From: Burkholderiales bacterium
Lineage (GTDB): Bacteria; Pseudomonadota; Gammaproteobacteria; Burkholderiales; SG8-39
Reading direction: 5' to 3'
DNA: 64,000 bases
Assembly (NCBI GenBank): GCA_965279075.1
Contig: CBDIHI010000009.1
Span: 2,863-66,862, forward strand
Shown here: piece by piece, positions 37,763 through 47,580 of the stretch
How the letters are laid out: each line of letters begins with the position of its first letter
Numbering within the stretch: position 1 is the first letter of the stretch
The notes under the pieces: generated by a model
What the model saw: only the letters and a program-made list of their open reading frames with translations
Database searches by the model: none
Told to the model about the DNA's origin: nothing
Program-made: the position numbers and the translations under genes

Positions 37763-39724
37763 GGAGCGCGCTTCGGCAGCGCTTTCAGCCGCGCGAGGTT
37801 GTTCTTCGCATCCGCATAGCCCGGGTCGATTCGCAGCGCTTGCTCGAAGCGCTCCATTGCCCTTTCGAACTCACTCCTGCCGATGAGCAGGACACCGAGG
37901 TTGTTGTGCGCCTGCGCATAGCTGGGCTTCAACCGCAATGCCGCTTCGTATTGCTCAATCGCTTCTGCGGAACGGCCGGTAGAGGCCCATAGGTTCCCCA
38001 GATGGAAGTGGACCTCCGGAAAATCCGGCTGGATCCTCGCGGCCTCCCGATAGTGATGTATCGCTTCGTCGATCTTTTCCGTCGCCGCCAGCGAAATCCC
38101 GATCTTGAAGTGGGCCTCCGCCGAGTCGGGCTTTAGCCGCAGCTCTCCCCGGTAGCGGCTGATCGCCTCGTCATGCTGGCCGATTGCAGCGAGGACGAGC
38201 GCGAGGTTGTAGTTCGCCTGATAGTAGCCGGGCTTCAGCGCCAGGGCGGTCCGGTAGTGCCTGGCAGCCTCAACAGGCTCTCCGTGCTGCGCGAGCGCAT
38301 GACCGAGGTTCAGGAGGACCCTCGGATTCTCCGGTGCGTGGATGAACGTAGCCTGCCAGATCGAAAGTTCGGTGGCGTAGTCCTTGTTGCGCAGGAATGT
38401 GGTTACGCCGAGGGCCACCGCCACAGCGGCGAGGACGCCAATGCCGAGCAAGCGCGCTGATGCCGGCGCCAGCCGCCCACGACTCGCGGATTCCTTTGCG
38501 CCCGCATGCGCTGCCAGCACCAGCAGCGCGATCACGCCCGCCAGCGGCAGGTACATGCGGTGTTCAAACACCGGATCCTGCAAAGGCACGATGCTCGAAG
38601 TCGGCGACAGGATCATGAAGAACCACGCCCCCAGGAACGCCCACGGCTTGCGCTTCAGCACGCCCCACTGCGTCGCCCCCGCGAGCAGCCCGATCGCCAG
38701 CGCCGCCGGCAGAATGTCGCCAGCACCTCCCGGCACCTTCCAGTCATAGTCAAGCACCAGCGGGTTCGGCCACAGCGTCAGGCTCAGGTAGTGAAGGATC
38801 ACGCCCGGTTGCGTCACGGCATAGGCCCATGAACGCGATTGCCCTTTGGCAGCTTCTACGCCTCCCTTGTCGGCATACATGCGCACCAAGTCTCCGGTTG
38901 ATGCGATCAGGTAGGCGAGCAATGTCCAGGTGAGCACCATCCCCGCGTACACCCACCATCGCTTCGACAGCGCCTCCCTGAACGACCCCGCCAGGAAGCA
39001 CCGGCGTACAACAGCACCACCGCCGGCGCCGTCACCATCACCTCCTTCGCGCTCATCCCAAGCAGGCACGCAGCAATCGCACCGGCATACCACCCCGCAG
39101 GCCGCGCCGACCCCGCACCCCTGATCACGCAGAACAGCACCAGCAGGTAGAACAACGCCACCAACGACTCGGCCCTCTGCACGATGTAGGTCACCGACTC
39201 CGTCTGCAACGGGTGCACTGCCCAAAGCAGCGCGATCGCAAACGACAGCCCCACCGCCCCACCCCCGAACTTCTCGCGCAGCGCCGGCAGCGCAAACGAA
39301 CGCCTCAGCACCCCGAACAGGAGCAGCGCGTTGGCCAGGTGGATCGCAAGATTCACCGCGTGGTAGCCCCACACGTTCAACCCGCCGAGCGCGTAGTTCA
39401 AGGCAAACGAAAAGTTCAGCAGCGGCCGGCCTCCGCTCGTCGTCCCCGGGGGTGGCGACAGCACCGGACCGAGCGGCCAAAGATTACGGATGGTCGGGTT
39501 GTCTTTGATAGCGCCAATGTCGTCGAAGACGAACTCGCCGGACAAACTATTCGAATACACCGCCAACACCGCGACTACAAGTGCAACAACGGACCACAAC
39601 GCACCATTCAACGTCAGTTGTGTGCCCACTGCCTTCGCCACAGGAACCGCCGCGCTCGGACTGGCCCGCCCCCCCCTTGGCGGAACCCCTTCCGGCCACC
39701 CGCGGCACGCTCACGACGCCTCAA
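37759..39724 (-). pseudogene. TMTC-like GT-C/TPR glycosyltransferase copy A, interrupted by two -1 frameshifts (pseudogene or sequencing errors)
   Basis: Split into ORFs 38907..39641 and 37759..39480. Relative to the next paralog, one base is missing at ~39004 (AAGCACCGG-CGTAC vs AAGCACCGGTCGTAC) and one in a C8 run at 39669-39676; five TPRs. Confidence 0.8.
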
Positions 39725-41481
39725 TTTCGCCCCTGACCCGTCAACACCCGCAACTTCTCCAGGTTCCCCTTCGCATCGATGTACGTCGGGTTGATCAACA
39801 ACGCCTTCTGGAAATGCCCGAAGGCTTTGTCAAACTCCCCTCTGCCGGCAAGCACGGCCCCCAGATTATTGTGCGCTTCAGCGGAATTCGGGTTCAACCG
39901 AAGCACCTCCTCGTATCGCGATATAGCTTGATCTGCCTGCCCTGTCGTCGCCTCGGCATTCCCCAGATTGAGAATCGCCTCGGCATACTGGGGTCTCATC
40001 TTCAATGCTTCGTGATAATGCTCCATTGCCTCTTTTAGATTTCCCTTCTTCGCGAGCGCAAATCCAAGATTCACGTGAACCCTGGGACTGTCAGGCGCCT
40101 TTTGGAAGGTGTCCTGCCAGATGGCTAGCTCTGTGGCGTAGTCCTTGTTGCGCAAGAAGGTCGTCGTGCCGAGCGCCGCTACCAGTACGGCGAGGACGCC
40201 AATGCCGAGCAAGCGCGCCGATCCCGGCGCCAGCCACCCACGACTCGCGGATTCCTTTGCGCCCGCATGCGCTGCCAGCACCAACAATGCGATCACCCCC
40301 GCCAACGGCAGGTACATCCGGTGCTCAAACACCAGGTCCCGCAAAGGCACGATGCTCGAGGTCGGCGACAGGATCACGAAGAACCACGCTCCAAGGAACG
40401 CCCAAGGCGTGCGCTTCTGCACGCCCCAAAGCGTCGCCCCCGCGAGCAGCCCGACCGTCAGCGCCGCCGGCAGGATCTCCGCGAGCCCTTTCGGTACCGG
40501 CCACTGGTAGTCGAGCACAAGGGGATGCGGCCACAGCGCCAACCGCAGGTAATGCAGGACCACCCCAGGCTGGGTCGCGACATAGCCCAACCTGCTCGAT
40601 TCGACCGGGGCCGCGCCTTCCTTGTCGAGGTACAGGCGGACCAAGTCTCCGGTTGATGCGATCAGGTAGGCGAGCAATGTCCAGGTGAGCGCCATCCCCG
40701 CGTACACCCACCACCGCTTCGACAGCGCCTCCCTGAACGACCCCACCAGGAAGCACCGGTCGTACAACAGCACCACCGCCGGCGCCGTCACCATCACCTC
40801 CTTCGCGCTCATCCCAAGCAGGCACGCAGCAATCGCACCGGCGTACCACCCCGCAGGCCGCGCCGACCCCGCGCCCCGGATCACGCAGTACAGCACCGCG
40901 AGGTAGAACAGCCCCACCAGCGACTCGGCCCGCTGCACGATGTAGGTCACCGACTCCGTCTGCAGCGGGTGCACCGCCCACAGCAGCGCGATCGCGAACG
41001 ACAGCCCCACCGTCGCCCCACCGAACCGCTCACGCAACGCCGGTAGCGACAACGAGCGCCTCACCACCCCGAACAGGAGAAGCGCGTTGGTCAGGTGGAT
41101 CGCCACGTTCACCGCGTGGTAGCCCCACACGTTCAACCCGCCCAGCGCATAGTTCAGCGCAAACGACAGGTTCAGCAGCGGCCGGCCCCCGCTCGTGATG
41201 CCCGGAGGAGGCGACAGCACCGGACCGAGCGGCCATAGATTACGGATGGTCGGGTTGTCTTTGATAGCGCCAATATCGTCGAAAATGAACTCGCCGGAAA
41301 AGCCGTTCGAATATGCAGCCAGCACCGCGACCACCAGAGCAACGACAGACCACAACGCACCATTCAACGTCGGTTGAGTGCCCGCTGCCTTCGCCGCAGG
41401 AACCGCCGCGTTCGGACTGGCCCGCACCTCCCCTTGGCGGGACCCCTTCCGGCCACCTGTAGCACGCTCACGGCGCCTCAA
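39721..41481 (-). CDS. TMTC-like membrane glycosyltransferase (GT-C, DUF1736-like) + 3 TPR, copy B
   Basis: EFIFDD, RPLLNLSFALN, HPLQTESVTYI, KE, FEHRMYLP, RNKDY, then NNLG-type TPRs. Confidence 0.85.
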   Translation of the reverse strand: MRRRERATGGRKGSRQGEVRASPNAAVPAAKAAGTQPTLNGALWSVVALVVAVLAAYSNGFSGEFIFDDIGAIKDNPTIRNLWPLGPVLSPPPGITSGGRPLLNLSFALNYALGGLNVWGYHAVNVAIHLTNALLLFGVVRRSLSLPALRERFGGATVGLSFAIALLWAVHPLQTESVTYIVQRAESLVGLFYLAVLYCVIRGAGSARPAGWYAGAIAACLLGMSAKEVMVTAPAVVLLYDRCFLVGSFREALSKRWWVYAGMALTWTLLAYLIASTGDLVRLYLDKEGAAPVESSRLGYVATQPGVVLHYLRLALWPHPLVLDYQWPVPKGLAEILPAALTVGLLAGATLWGVQKRTPWAFLGAWFFVILSPTSSIVPLRDLVFEHRMYLPLAGVIALLVLAAHAGAKESASRGWLAPGSARLLGIGVLAVLVAALGTTTFLRNKDYATELAIWQDTFQKAPDSPRVHVNLGFALAKKGNLKEAMEHYHEALKMRPQYAEAILNLGNAEATTGQADQAISRYEEVLRLNPNSAEAHNNLGAVLAGRGEFDKAFGHFQKALLINPTYIDAKGNLEKLRVLTGQGRN

Positions 41482-43760
41482 TTTCGCCTCTGCCCCGACA
41501 ACACCCGCAACTTCTCCAGGTTCCCCTTCGCATCGGCATAGCCCGGATTCAAGCGCAACGCTTCGCTGAACGCACGTGATGCGCCGTCGAAATCCCCCTT
41601 TCCTGCAAGCAGCACCCCGAGGTTGTTATGCACTTCCGCACTCCCCGGCACCAGCCGGAGCGCCTCCCGATAATGCGCAATCGCATTGTCGGCCTGTCCC
41701 GAGGCCGCCTCCGCACTCGCGAGATTGAGGATCGGTTTGGGAGAGTCGGGACTCAATCTCACGGCCTCGCGAAAATGCGCCAGAGCCTCTTCCTTCCGCC
41801 TTGCCTCGAAAAGGAGCCTGCCCAGGTTGATGCGCGCATCCACGTAGCCCGGATTCAATTTCAGCGCCATCTCATACTCGCCGATGGCCTCTCCGGTCCG
41901 GCCGATGCGCGCCAAAGCCACGCCAAAATTGTATCTGCCGAGGTAGGACGAAGGGTCGGACCGCAGCGCTGCCCGATACTGCTCCATCGCGATGTCCGCC
42001 CGACCCGTCAACGACAGCGCGTTCCCCAAGTTGATCCGCGCTTCCACAAAACCTGGCCGCAGGCGCAGGGCCTGTTCGTAGTCCGTGATGGCGTCACCGA
42101 CCCTCCCGACCTTCGCCTGGACGAACCCCAGGTTGTTGTATGGCTCGGCATAACCGGGACTCAACCGTATGGCCTCCCGGTAGTGGCCAACCGCTTCCTC
42201 GAGCTGCCCCAACGCCACCAGCGCAACGCCCAGGTTGTTGTGCGCCTCCGGATAGTTTGCCTTTCGCCGGAGGGCCGCCCTGTAGTGAAAGATCGCCTCC
42301 TCGTACCGGCCGGTTCGCGCCAGAGCCTCACCCAGGTTCAAATTGACTCTCGCCTTGCCGGGGGCATGGACTATCGTGTCCCTCCAGATCGAAAGTTGGT
42401 TGGCGTAGTCCGTATTCCGGCGGACGGTCAGCGCGCCGAATATCGCTGCCACCGCGACCAGGAGGACTACACCGATCGTCACGGCAGCCCGAGGGCTCAT
42501 CTGGTACCGCGAAACTACGTCTCGCGCACCCGCGTACCCCATGACCACTGTCACGCCCAGGACCGCGGCCAGGGGGAGATACATCCTGTGCTCGAAAGCA
42601 AGGTCTTCCAAAGGCACGATGCTTGAGGTCGGCGAAAGGATCAGGAAGAACCAGGCGCCCGCGAAGGCCCACGGCTTTCGCGCGATCACCCCCCAAACCG
42701 TCGCCGCCACCAGGGCACCGATCGCGAAGAGCGACGGCAGGGCTTCACCCAGACCTTTTGCCACAGGCCAGTCGTAGTCCAGCACGAGCGGACTCGGCCA
42801 GAATGAGAGCCGCAAGTAGTGCAATATGACGCCGCCCTGGGTGAGGGCATATGTCCACGGCTCGTAGCCGTCCTTCGATCCACCACTTTCAGCGTACAGC
42901 TTGAATAGTTCCCCCGTCGATACGACCAGGTACGCAAGCAGTACCCAGCTGAGCGCCAATCCGGCGTAGAACCACGCACGACGCCGCAGCGCCAGGCCGA
43001 ACGAACCCGCCAGGAAAATCCCGTCATAGGCGAGTACTGCCACCGGGGCAGTAACCATGACCTCCTTCGTCGCCATGCCCAAGAAGCACGCAATGACCGA
43101 TGCCGCATGCCAGGCCGCTGCTCGCCCCGGCTCAGCCCCCCGTATTGCACAGTACAGGGTCAGAAGGTAAAGCAGCGCGACCAGTGATTCGGCGCGCTGG
43201 ATGACGTAGGTAACCGATTCGGTTTGGAGGGGATGCAGCGCCCAAAGCAGGGCAACGGCAAACGAAAGCGGCACGCCTGCATCGCCGAGCTTTTTCCGCA
43301 CAACAGCCAATGACAAGGTGCGGCGCAGAATGCCGAACAGGAGCAGTGCATTGGCAATGTGGATCGCGACATTGACCGCGTGATAACCCCATACTTGCAA
43401 GCCCCCCAGCGCGTAGTTGAGCGCGAAGGAGAAATTAAGCAGCGGACGGGTGTGAACCTGCTGGTTGAGCCCCGCAGACCATGCGCATGGCGTCGAGCAC
43501 TGCCCCAGGGGCCAGAGCTGCCTTATCGTCGGATTGCCGTCTATTCCTCCGAAGTCGTCGAAAACGAACTCGTTGAACAGGCTGTTGGCATAGACGGCGA
43601 GCACGCACAGGACGATGACCCCGACCAGCCAGCCCGCGCCGCGCGAAGCCATCTCCCGTCCGGCGCGGGAAGCTTCCGGCGGGCCCGCAGAGGGGCGGGG
43701 AGGTTCTCCCCTGCGGCGCGCCTTTTTCCCCGCAGCGTAGTGCCGGTCGCTGCGCGCCAT
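41478..43760 (-). CDS. TMTC-like glycosyltransferase + 8 TPR, copy C (most divergent)
   Basis: EFVFDD, HPLQTESVTYV, FEHRMYLP, RRNTDY; eight TPRs. Confidence 0.85.
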   Translation of the reverse strand: MARSDRHYAAGKKARRRGEPPRPSAGPPEASRAGREMASRGAGWLVGVIVLCVLAVYANSLFNEFVFDDFGGIDGNPTIRQLWPLGQCSTPCAWSAGLNQQVHTRPLLNFSFALNYALGGLQVWGYHAVNVAIHIANALLLFGILRRTLSLAVVRKKLGDAGVPLSFAVALLWALHPLQTESVTYVIQRAESLVALLYLLTLYCAIRGAEPGRAAAWHAASVIACFLGMATKEVMVTAPVAVLAYDGIFLAGSFGLALRRRAWFYAGLALSWVLLAYLVVSTGELFKLYAESGGSKDGYEPWTYALTQGGVILHYLRLSFWPSPLVLDYDWPVAKGLGEALPSLFAIGALVAATVWGVIARKPWAFAGAWFFLILSPTSSIVPLEDLAFEHRMYLPLAAVLGVTVVMGYAGARDVVSRYQMSPRAAVTIGVVLLVAVAAIFGALTVRRNTDYANQLSIWRDTIVHAPGKARVNLNLGEALARTGRYEEAIFHYRAALRRKANYPEAHNNLGVALVALGQLEEAVGHYREAIRLSPGYAEPYNNLGFVQAKVGRVGDAITDYEQALRLRPGFVEARINLGNALSLTGRADIAMEQYRAALRSDPSSYLGRYNFGVALARIGRTGEAIGEYEMALKLNPGYVDARINLGRLLFEARRKEEALAHFREAVRLSPDSPKPILNLASAEAASGQADNAIAHYREALRLVPGSAEVHNNLGVLLAGKGDFDGASRAFSEALRLNPGYADAKGNLEKLRVLSGQRRN

Positions 43761-45703
43761 CAGCGCTTCTGCCGCGAGAGCGCGGCCAGCCTGTCGAGAT
43801 TGGCCCTTGCGTCGGCATACGCCGGGTTGATCCGCAGCGCTTCTCGGAACTCACGGTGCGCATTTTCGATGTCGCCGCGACCCGCCAGCATGGCACCCAG
43901 ATTGTTGTGCGCCTCCGCGGAATCCGGCAACGCCTTCAGCACCTCGCGGTAGCGCCCGATCGCGCTCTCCGACCGCCCCAATGCCGCCTCAGCATTGCCA
44001 AGGTTCAGCAGGGCCTCGGGATACCCGGGCCGCAGCTTGAGCGCCTCGAGGTAGTGAACGATAGCCTCTTCGTTCCGCCCCATCCTTGCGAGTTCATAAC
44101 CCAGATTCACGCGAGCTCCCGGGCTGCCCGGCGCCTTGGCGAGTTCATCAACTTGTTTCCTGGCGGCCAGCACGACACTCAGATTGTATTCAGCTTCGGC
44201 GTAGTCGGGTTTCAACCTGAGAGCCTCGCGATAGTGCTCGATCGCCTTGTCCAGCGCGTCCTTCTCGGACAGCGCGTTCGCCAGGCCAAAGTGAACCCTT
44301 GGATTGTCCGGGGCCTTGAGGAGTGTGTCCTGCCATATCGAAATGCCGCTGGCGTAGTCGTTGTTGCGCAGGAAGGTCGTCGTGCCGAGCGCCACTACCA
44401 GTACGGCGAGGACGCCAATGCCGAGCAAGCACGCCGATCCCGGCGCCAGCCAACCGCGGCGCGTGAGTTCCTTTGCGCCCGCATGCACCGCCAGCACCAG
44501 CAGCGCGATCACCCCCGCCAACGGCAGGTACATCCGGTGCTCAAACACCAGGTCCCGCAGTGGAACGATGCTCGAAGTCGGCGACAGGATCATGAAGAAC
44601 CACGCGCCCAGGAAACCCCACGGCTTACGCTTCAGCACACCCCACAGCGTCGCCCCCGCGAGCAACCCGACCGTCAGCGCCGCCGGCAGAATGTCGCCAG
44701 CACCTCCCGGCAACTTCCAGTCATAGTCAAGCACCAGCGGATTCGGCCACAGCGTCAGGATCAGGTAGTGAAGGATCACGCCCGGCTGCATCACGGCATA
44801 CGCCCACGAACGCGATTGCCCTTTGGCAGCTTCTACGCCTTCCTTGTCGGCATACATGCGCACCAAGTCTCCGGTTGATGCGATCAGGTAGGCGAGCAAC
44901 ACCCAGGTAAGCGCCATTCCCGCGTACACCCACCACCGCTTCGACAGCGCCTCCCGGAACGACCCCGCCAGGAAGTAACGGTCGTACAACAGCACCACCG
45001 CCGGCGCCGTCACCATCACCTCCTTCGCGCTCATCCCCAGCAAGCACGCGGCAATCGCACCGGCGTACCACCCCGCAGGCCGCGCCGACCCCGCACCCCG
45101 GATCACGCAGTACAGCACCAGCAGGTAGAACAGCCCCACCAGCGACTCGGCCCGCTGCACGATGTAGGTCACCGACTCCGTCTGCAGCGGGTGCACTGCC
45201 CACAACAAGGCGATGGCAAGTGAAAGCGCGATCGCCGCCTCGCCGTACTTCTCGCGCAGCGCCGGCAGCGCGAACGTGCGCCGCAGCACGCCGAACAGGA
45301 GCAGCGCGTTGGCCAAATGGATTCCAAGATTCACCGCGTGGTAGCCCCACACGTTCAATCCGCCGAGCGCGTAGTTCAACGCAAACGACAGGTTCAGCAG
45401 CGGCCGGCCCCCGCTCGTGATGCCCGGAGGAGGCGACAGCACCGGCCAGAGCGGCCAGAGCTCCCGTATCGTCGGATTGCTCTTGATGGCCCCGACATCG
45501 TCGAAGACGAACTCTCCCGAGAAACTGTTCGAGTACGCGCCGAGCACCGCCAGCACGAGCAAACCGATGGCCCACAAGGCAGCCCTCGACGACTGCATCA
45601 GACCAGAGGATTCTTGTACGACTTGCCCAGCCTGCGGCCGGGGAGGCACCTCCCTGCGATGCGAACTCCCGCGAGGGTTCGAGCCTCGTTCGTTGCGCCT
45701 CAA
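43760..45703 (-). CDS. TMTC-like glycosyltransferase + 4 full and 1 truncated TPR, copy D
   Basis: Same motif set; TTG start overlapping the upstream stop. Confidence 0.85.
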   Translation of the reverse strand: MRRNERGSNPRGSSHRREVPPRPQAGQVVQESSGLMQSSRAALWAIGLLVLAVLGAYSNSFSGEFVFDDVGAIKSNPTIRELWPLWPVLSPPPGITSGGRPLLNLSFALNYALGGLNVWGYHAVNLGIHLANALLLFGVLRRTFALPALREKYGEAAIALSLAIALLWAVHPLQTESVTYIVQRAESLVGLFYLLVLYCVIRGAGSARPAGWYAGAIAACLLGMSAKEVMVTAPAVVLLYDRYFLAGSFREALSKRWWVYAGMALTWVLLAYLIASTGDLVRMYADKEGVEAAKGQSRSWAYAVMQPGVILHYLILTLWPNPLVLDYDWKLPGGAGDILPAALTVGLLAGATLWGVLKRKPWGFLGAWFFMILSPTSSIVPLRDLVFEHRMYLPLAGVIALLVLAVHAGAKELTRRGWLAPGSACLLGIGVLAVLVVALGTTTFLRNNDYASGISIWQDTLLKAPDNPRVHFGLANALSEKDALDKAIEHYREALRLKPDYAEAEYNLSVVLAARKQVDELAKAPGSPGARVNLGYELARMGRNEEAIVHYLEALKLRPGYPEALLNLGNAEAALGRSESAIGRYREVLKALPDSAEAHNNLGAMLAGRGDIENAHREFREALRINPAYADARANLDRLAALSRQKR

Positions 45704-47580
45704 TTGCGCCTCTGCTTTGTGAGCGCCGACAGCTTTTCCAGATTCCGCTTCGCTTCATTGGAATTCGGGTCAATCCTGAGCGCCTCTCTGAACTGTGCAT
45801 CAGCTTTGTCAATCTCACCTCGGCCGAAAAAAATAATGCCAAGATTATTGTGCGGCTCAGCGAATGCAGGCCTGATACTCAGCGCCTGCAAGTACTGGTT
45901 CGTCGCCTCTCCGGTCGCCCCCTCCATTGCGAGCAAGTTCCCCATATTGTTGTGGGCTTCGGCAAAGCGGGGTTTCAGTCTCAACGCTTCGCGATAATGC
46001 CCCATGGCTTCGTCGCGCTGTCCCGCCGCGGCGAGCGCAACTCCCAGATTGTTGTGAGCGTCCGCAAAATCGGGCTTCAAACTGATTGCTTTCCGATAAA
46101 AGCCAATAGCCTCGCCGACCTGGCCAAGCGCAACCAAGGCTGCCCCGACATTGCTGTAAGGCCTCGGATTTCCAGGCACCTTGAGGATCGTGTCCTGCCA
46201 GAGTCCGACCGCGCTTGCGTAGTCCTTGTTCCTCTGGAAGGTCAGCCCCCCCAGGACCACTGCCAGCAGCACTGCGGCAGTCAGGCCCAGCGTCAGCGAG
46301 GGGGCCTCTATCCACCCACGGCTCACGGCAGCCCTGCCACCCGCATACACCACCAGCACCAGCAGCGCGATCACCCCCGCCAACGGCAGGTACATCCGGT
46401 GTTCGAAGATCGGCCCGGAGAAGGCATCGAACAAGGGCACGATGCTCGAGGTAGGCGACAGGATCATGAAGAACCACGCCCCCAGGAACGCCCACGGCTT
46501 GCGCTTCAGCACGCCCCACAGCGTCGCCCCCGCAAGGAACGCAATCGCCAGCGCCGCCGGCAGGACCTCCCCCACACCCCCGGGCGCCGGGCGACCGTAG
46601 TCCAGCACCAGGGGATGCGGCCACAGCGTCAGGCGCAGGTAGTGCAGGATCGCGCCCGGTTGCGTCGCCGCGTAGGCCAGCGGCCCCGAATCCACCGGCG
46701 CTGCGCCACCCGTGCTGCCCTTGTCGGCGTACAGCCGCACAAGGTCCCCCGTCGAGGTGATCAGGTACCCAAGCAGCACCCAGGTCAGCGCCATCCCCGC
46801 GTACATCCACCACCGCTTCGACAGCGCCTCCCGGAACGACCCCGCAAGGAAGTAACGGTCGTACAGCAGCACCACCGCCGGCGCTGTCACCATCACTTCC
46901 TTTGCGCTCATCCCCAGCAGGCACGCGGCAATCGCACCGGCGTACCACCCCGCAGGCCGCGCCGACCCCGCGCCCCGGATCACGCAGTACAGCACCGCGA
47001 GGTAGAACAGCCCCACCAGCGACTCGGCCCGCTGCGCGATGTAGGTCACCGACTCCGTCTGCAGCGGGTGCACCGCCCACAGAAGCGCGATCGCGAACGA
47101 CAGCGCCACCGCCGCCCCACCGAACCGCTCACGCAGCGCCGGTAGCGACAACGAGCGCCTCACCACCCCGAACAGGAGCAGCGCGTTGGCCAGGTGGATC
47201 GCAAGATTCACCGCGTGGTAGCCCCACACGTTCAACCCGCCCAGCGCGTAATTCACCGCAAACGACAGGTTCAGCAGCGGCCGGCCCGTACTCGTCATCC
47301 CCGGCGGCGGCGACAGCACCGGCCAGAGCGGCCAGAGCTCCCGTATCGTCGGATTGCTCTTGATGGCCCCGACATCGTCGAAGACGAATTCTCCAGAGAA
47401 ACTGTTCGAGTACGCGCCGAGCACCGCCAGCACGAGCAAACCAATGGCCCACAAGGCGGCCTTCGACGACCACATCAGACCAGAGGATTCTTGTACGACT
47501 TGCCCGGCCCGCGGCCGGGGAGGCGCCTCCACGCGAGGCGATCCCCCGCGAGGCTTCGCGCCGCGTTCTTTACGCCTCAA
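45700..47580 (-). CDS. TMTC-like glycosyltransferase + 4 TPR, copy E
   Basis: Same motif set; core near-identical to copies F and G. Confidence 0.85.
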   Translation of the reverse strand: MRRKERGAKPRGGSPRVEAPPRPRAGQVVQESSGLMWSSKAALWAIGLLVLAVLGAYSNSFSGEFVFDDVGAIKSNPTIRELWPLWPVLSPPPGMTSTGRPLLNLSFAVNYALGGLNVWGYHAVNLAIHLANALLLFGVVRRSLSLPALRERFGGAAVALSFAIALLWAVHPLQTESVTYIAQRAESLVGLFYLAVLYCVIRGAGSARPAGWYAGAIAACLLGMSAKEVMVTAPAVVLLYDRYFLAGSFREALSKRWWMYAGMALTWVLLGYLITSTGDLVRLYADKGSTGGAAPVDSGPLAYAATQPGAILHYLRLTLWPHPLVLDYGRPAPGGVGEVLPAALAIAFLAGATLWGVLKRKPWAFLGAWFFMILSPTSSIVPLFDAFSGPIFEHRMYLPLAGVIALLVLVVYAGGRAAVSRGWIEAPSLTLGLTAAVLLAVVLGGLTFQRNKDYASAVGLWQDTILKVPGNPRPYSNVGAALVALGQVGEAIGFYRKAISLKPDFADAHNNLGVALAAAGQRDEAMGHYREALRLKPRFAEAHNNMGNLLAMEGATGEATNQYLQALSIRPAFAEPHNNLGIIFFGRGEIDKADAQFREALRIDPNSNEAKRNLEKLSALTKQRRN

